IMG/VR virus record: IMGVR_UViG_3300005077_000061
Location: 1-35,435 of that record
Source of the DNA: a virus
Lineage: Duplodnaviria; Caudoviricetes
DNA: 35,435 nt
Reading direction: 5' to 3' (one strand)
The notes below the pieces were generated by a model. The model had not been told where the DNA came from and made no database searches. It was given only the letters and a program-made list of their open reading frames with translations. The number at the start of each line of letters is the position of its first letter. The stretch's first letter is position 1. Of this stretch, positions 34,980-35,435 are shown piece after piece. A program made the position numbers and the translations under genes.

Positions 34980-35435
34980 ATGAAAGCATATAAAATATTC
35001 GAGCATGATTGGACATGCAGAGGATTTAAGTACGAAATTGGTAAAACATATGAAATTAATGAAGCACCAGAATTATGTGATTATGGTTTCCATGCTTGTT
35101 TGAACCCTGTTGATTGCATCAGGCATTATCCTCCTACTCTATATAATAAATTCGCAGAAGTTGAATTAATGGGGGATGTTATAGGTTTAGAAGGAAACAA
35201 ACAGGTATGTAATAAAATTAAAATAGTAAAAGAAATAGACTGGTATAGTTTTGTACATGATACAAATTATTCAAAACACAACAACAACATTAATTCAAGC
35301 CATAATGTAGAAAATGGTTATCTTATCTCATGCGGATCCAATATTAAAAATGGATGTAATATAAGGGCGGGAAACGACATCAGGATGGGTAACCATATAA
35401 CAGGAGGAGCTAATATTCACGGCGGATATTCTATA
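34980..35435 (+). CDS. 3'-truncated DUF7666-like protein with hexapeptide repeats (missing from the ORF track)
   Basis: AAAGGA SD. My translation gives MKAYKIFEHDWTCRGFKYEIGKTYE...LCDYGFHACLNPVDC...FAEVELMG...KQVCNKIKIVKEI, then xxIxxG repeats open to the window end. Confidence 0.8.
   Translation, partial: MKAYKIFEHDWTCRGFKYEIGKTYEINEAPELCDYGFHACLNPVDCIRHYPPTLYNKFAEVELMGDVIGLEGNKQVCNKIKIVKEIDWYSFVHDTNYSKHNNNINSSHNVENGYLISCGSNIKNGCNIRAGNDIRMGNHITGGANIHGGYSI

Noticed and set aside
1-35435. Stop-codon reassignment as seen in some crAss-like phages
   Set aside because: Genes tile densely under the standard code, including a 13.4-kb ORF. TGA ends genes at ATGA overlaps and TAG ends the first ORF just before the MCP SD.
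1-35435. CRISPR array, tRNA/rRNA, integrase, transposase, reverse transcriptase/DGR
   Set aside because: Intergenic gaps are short (about 100 nt or less), the tandem repeats I found are coding, and no such catalytic motifs were recognised. A tRNAscan/Infernal run would be needed to exclude small RNAs formally.
1-35435. Portal protein gene
   Set aside because: No ORF of suitable size and character was recognised. It probably lies upstream of the window.

Overview
AT-rich (roughly 30% GC by eye) window holding the virion morphogenesis and packaging module of a tailed dsDNA bacteriophage with podovirus/crAss-like organisation. All credible genes are on the + strand, read in the standard genetic code, and many are joined by TAATG/ATGA overlaps. 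Gene order: 5'-truncated probable scaffold, major capsid protein (SU10/DUF5309-like), two signal-peptide proteins, a small head protein, three adaptor/ring-like proteins interrupted by a CHAP amidase, a 1274-aa tail nozzle/stabilisation-like protein, four fibre/receptor-binding-like genes, a membrane protein, three ejection (cargo) proteins, holin-like genes, terminase large subunit, a poly-C intergenic tract, a TerS-like gene flanked by two small acidic paralogue-like ORFs, a terminator and a 3'-truncated DUF7666-like protein. The main observation is the 4480-aa cargo protein, which combines an HExxH zincin motif with a full set of two-barrel RNA polymerase motifs, including a non-canonical DYDKD catalytic loop. 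Strong Shine-Dalgarno sites argue against a typical Bacteroidia/Flavobacteriia host. All assignments come from reading motifs and context; no searches were run.
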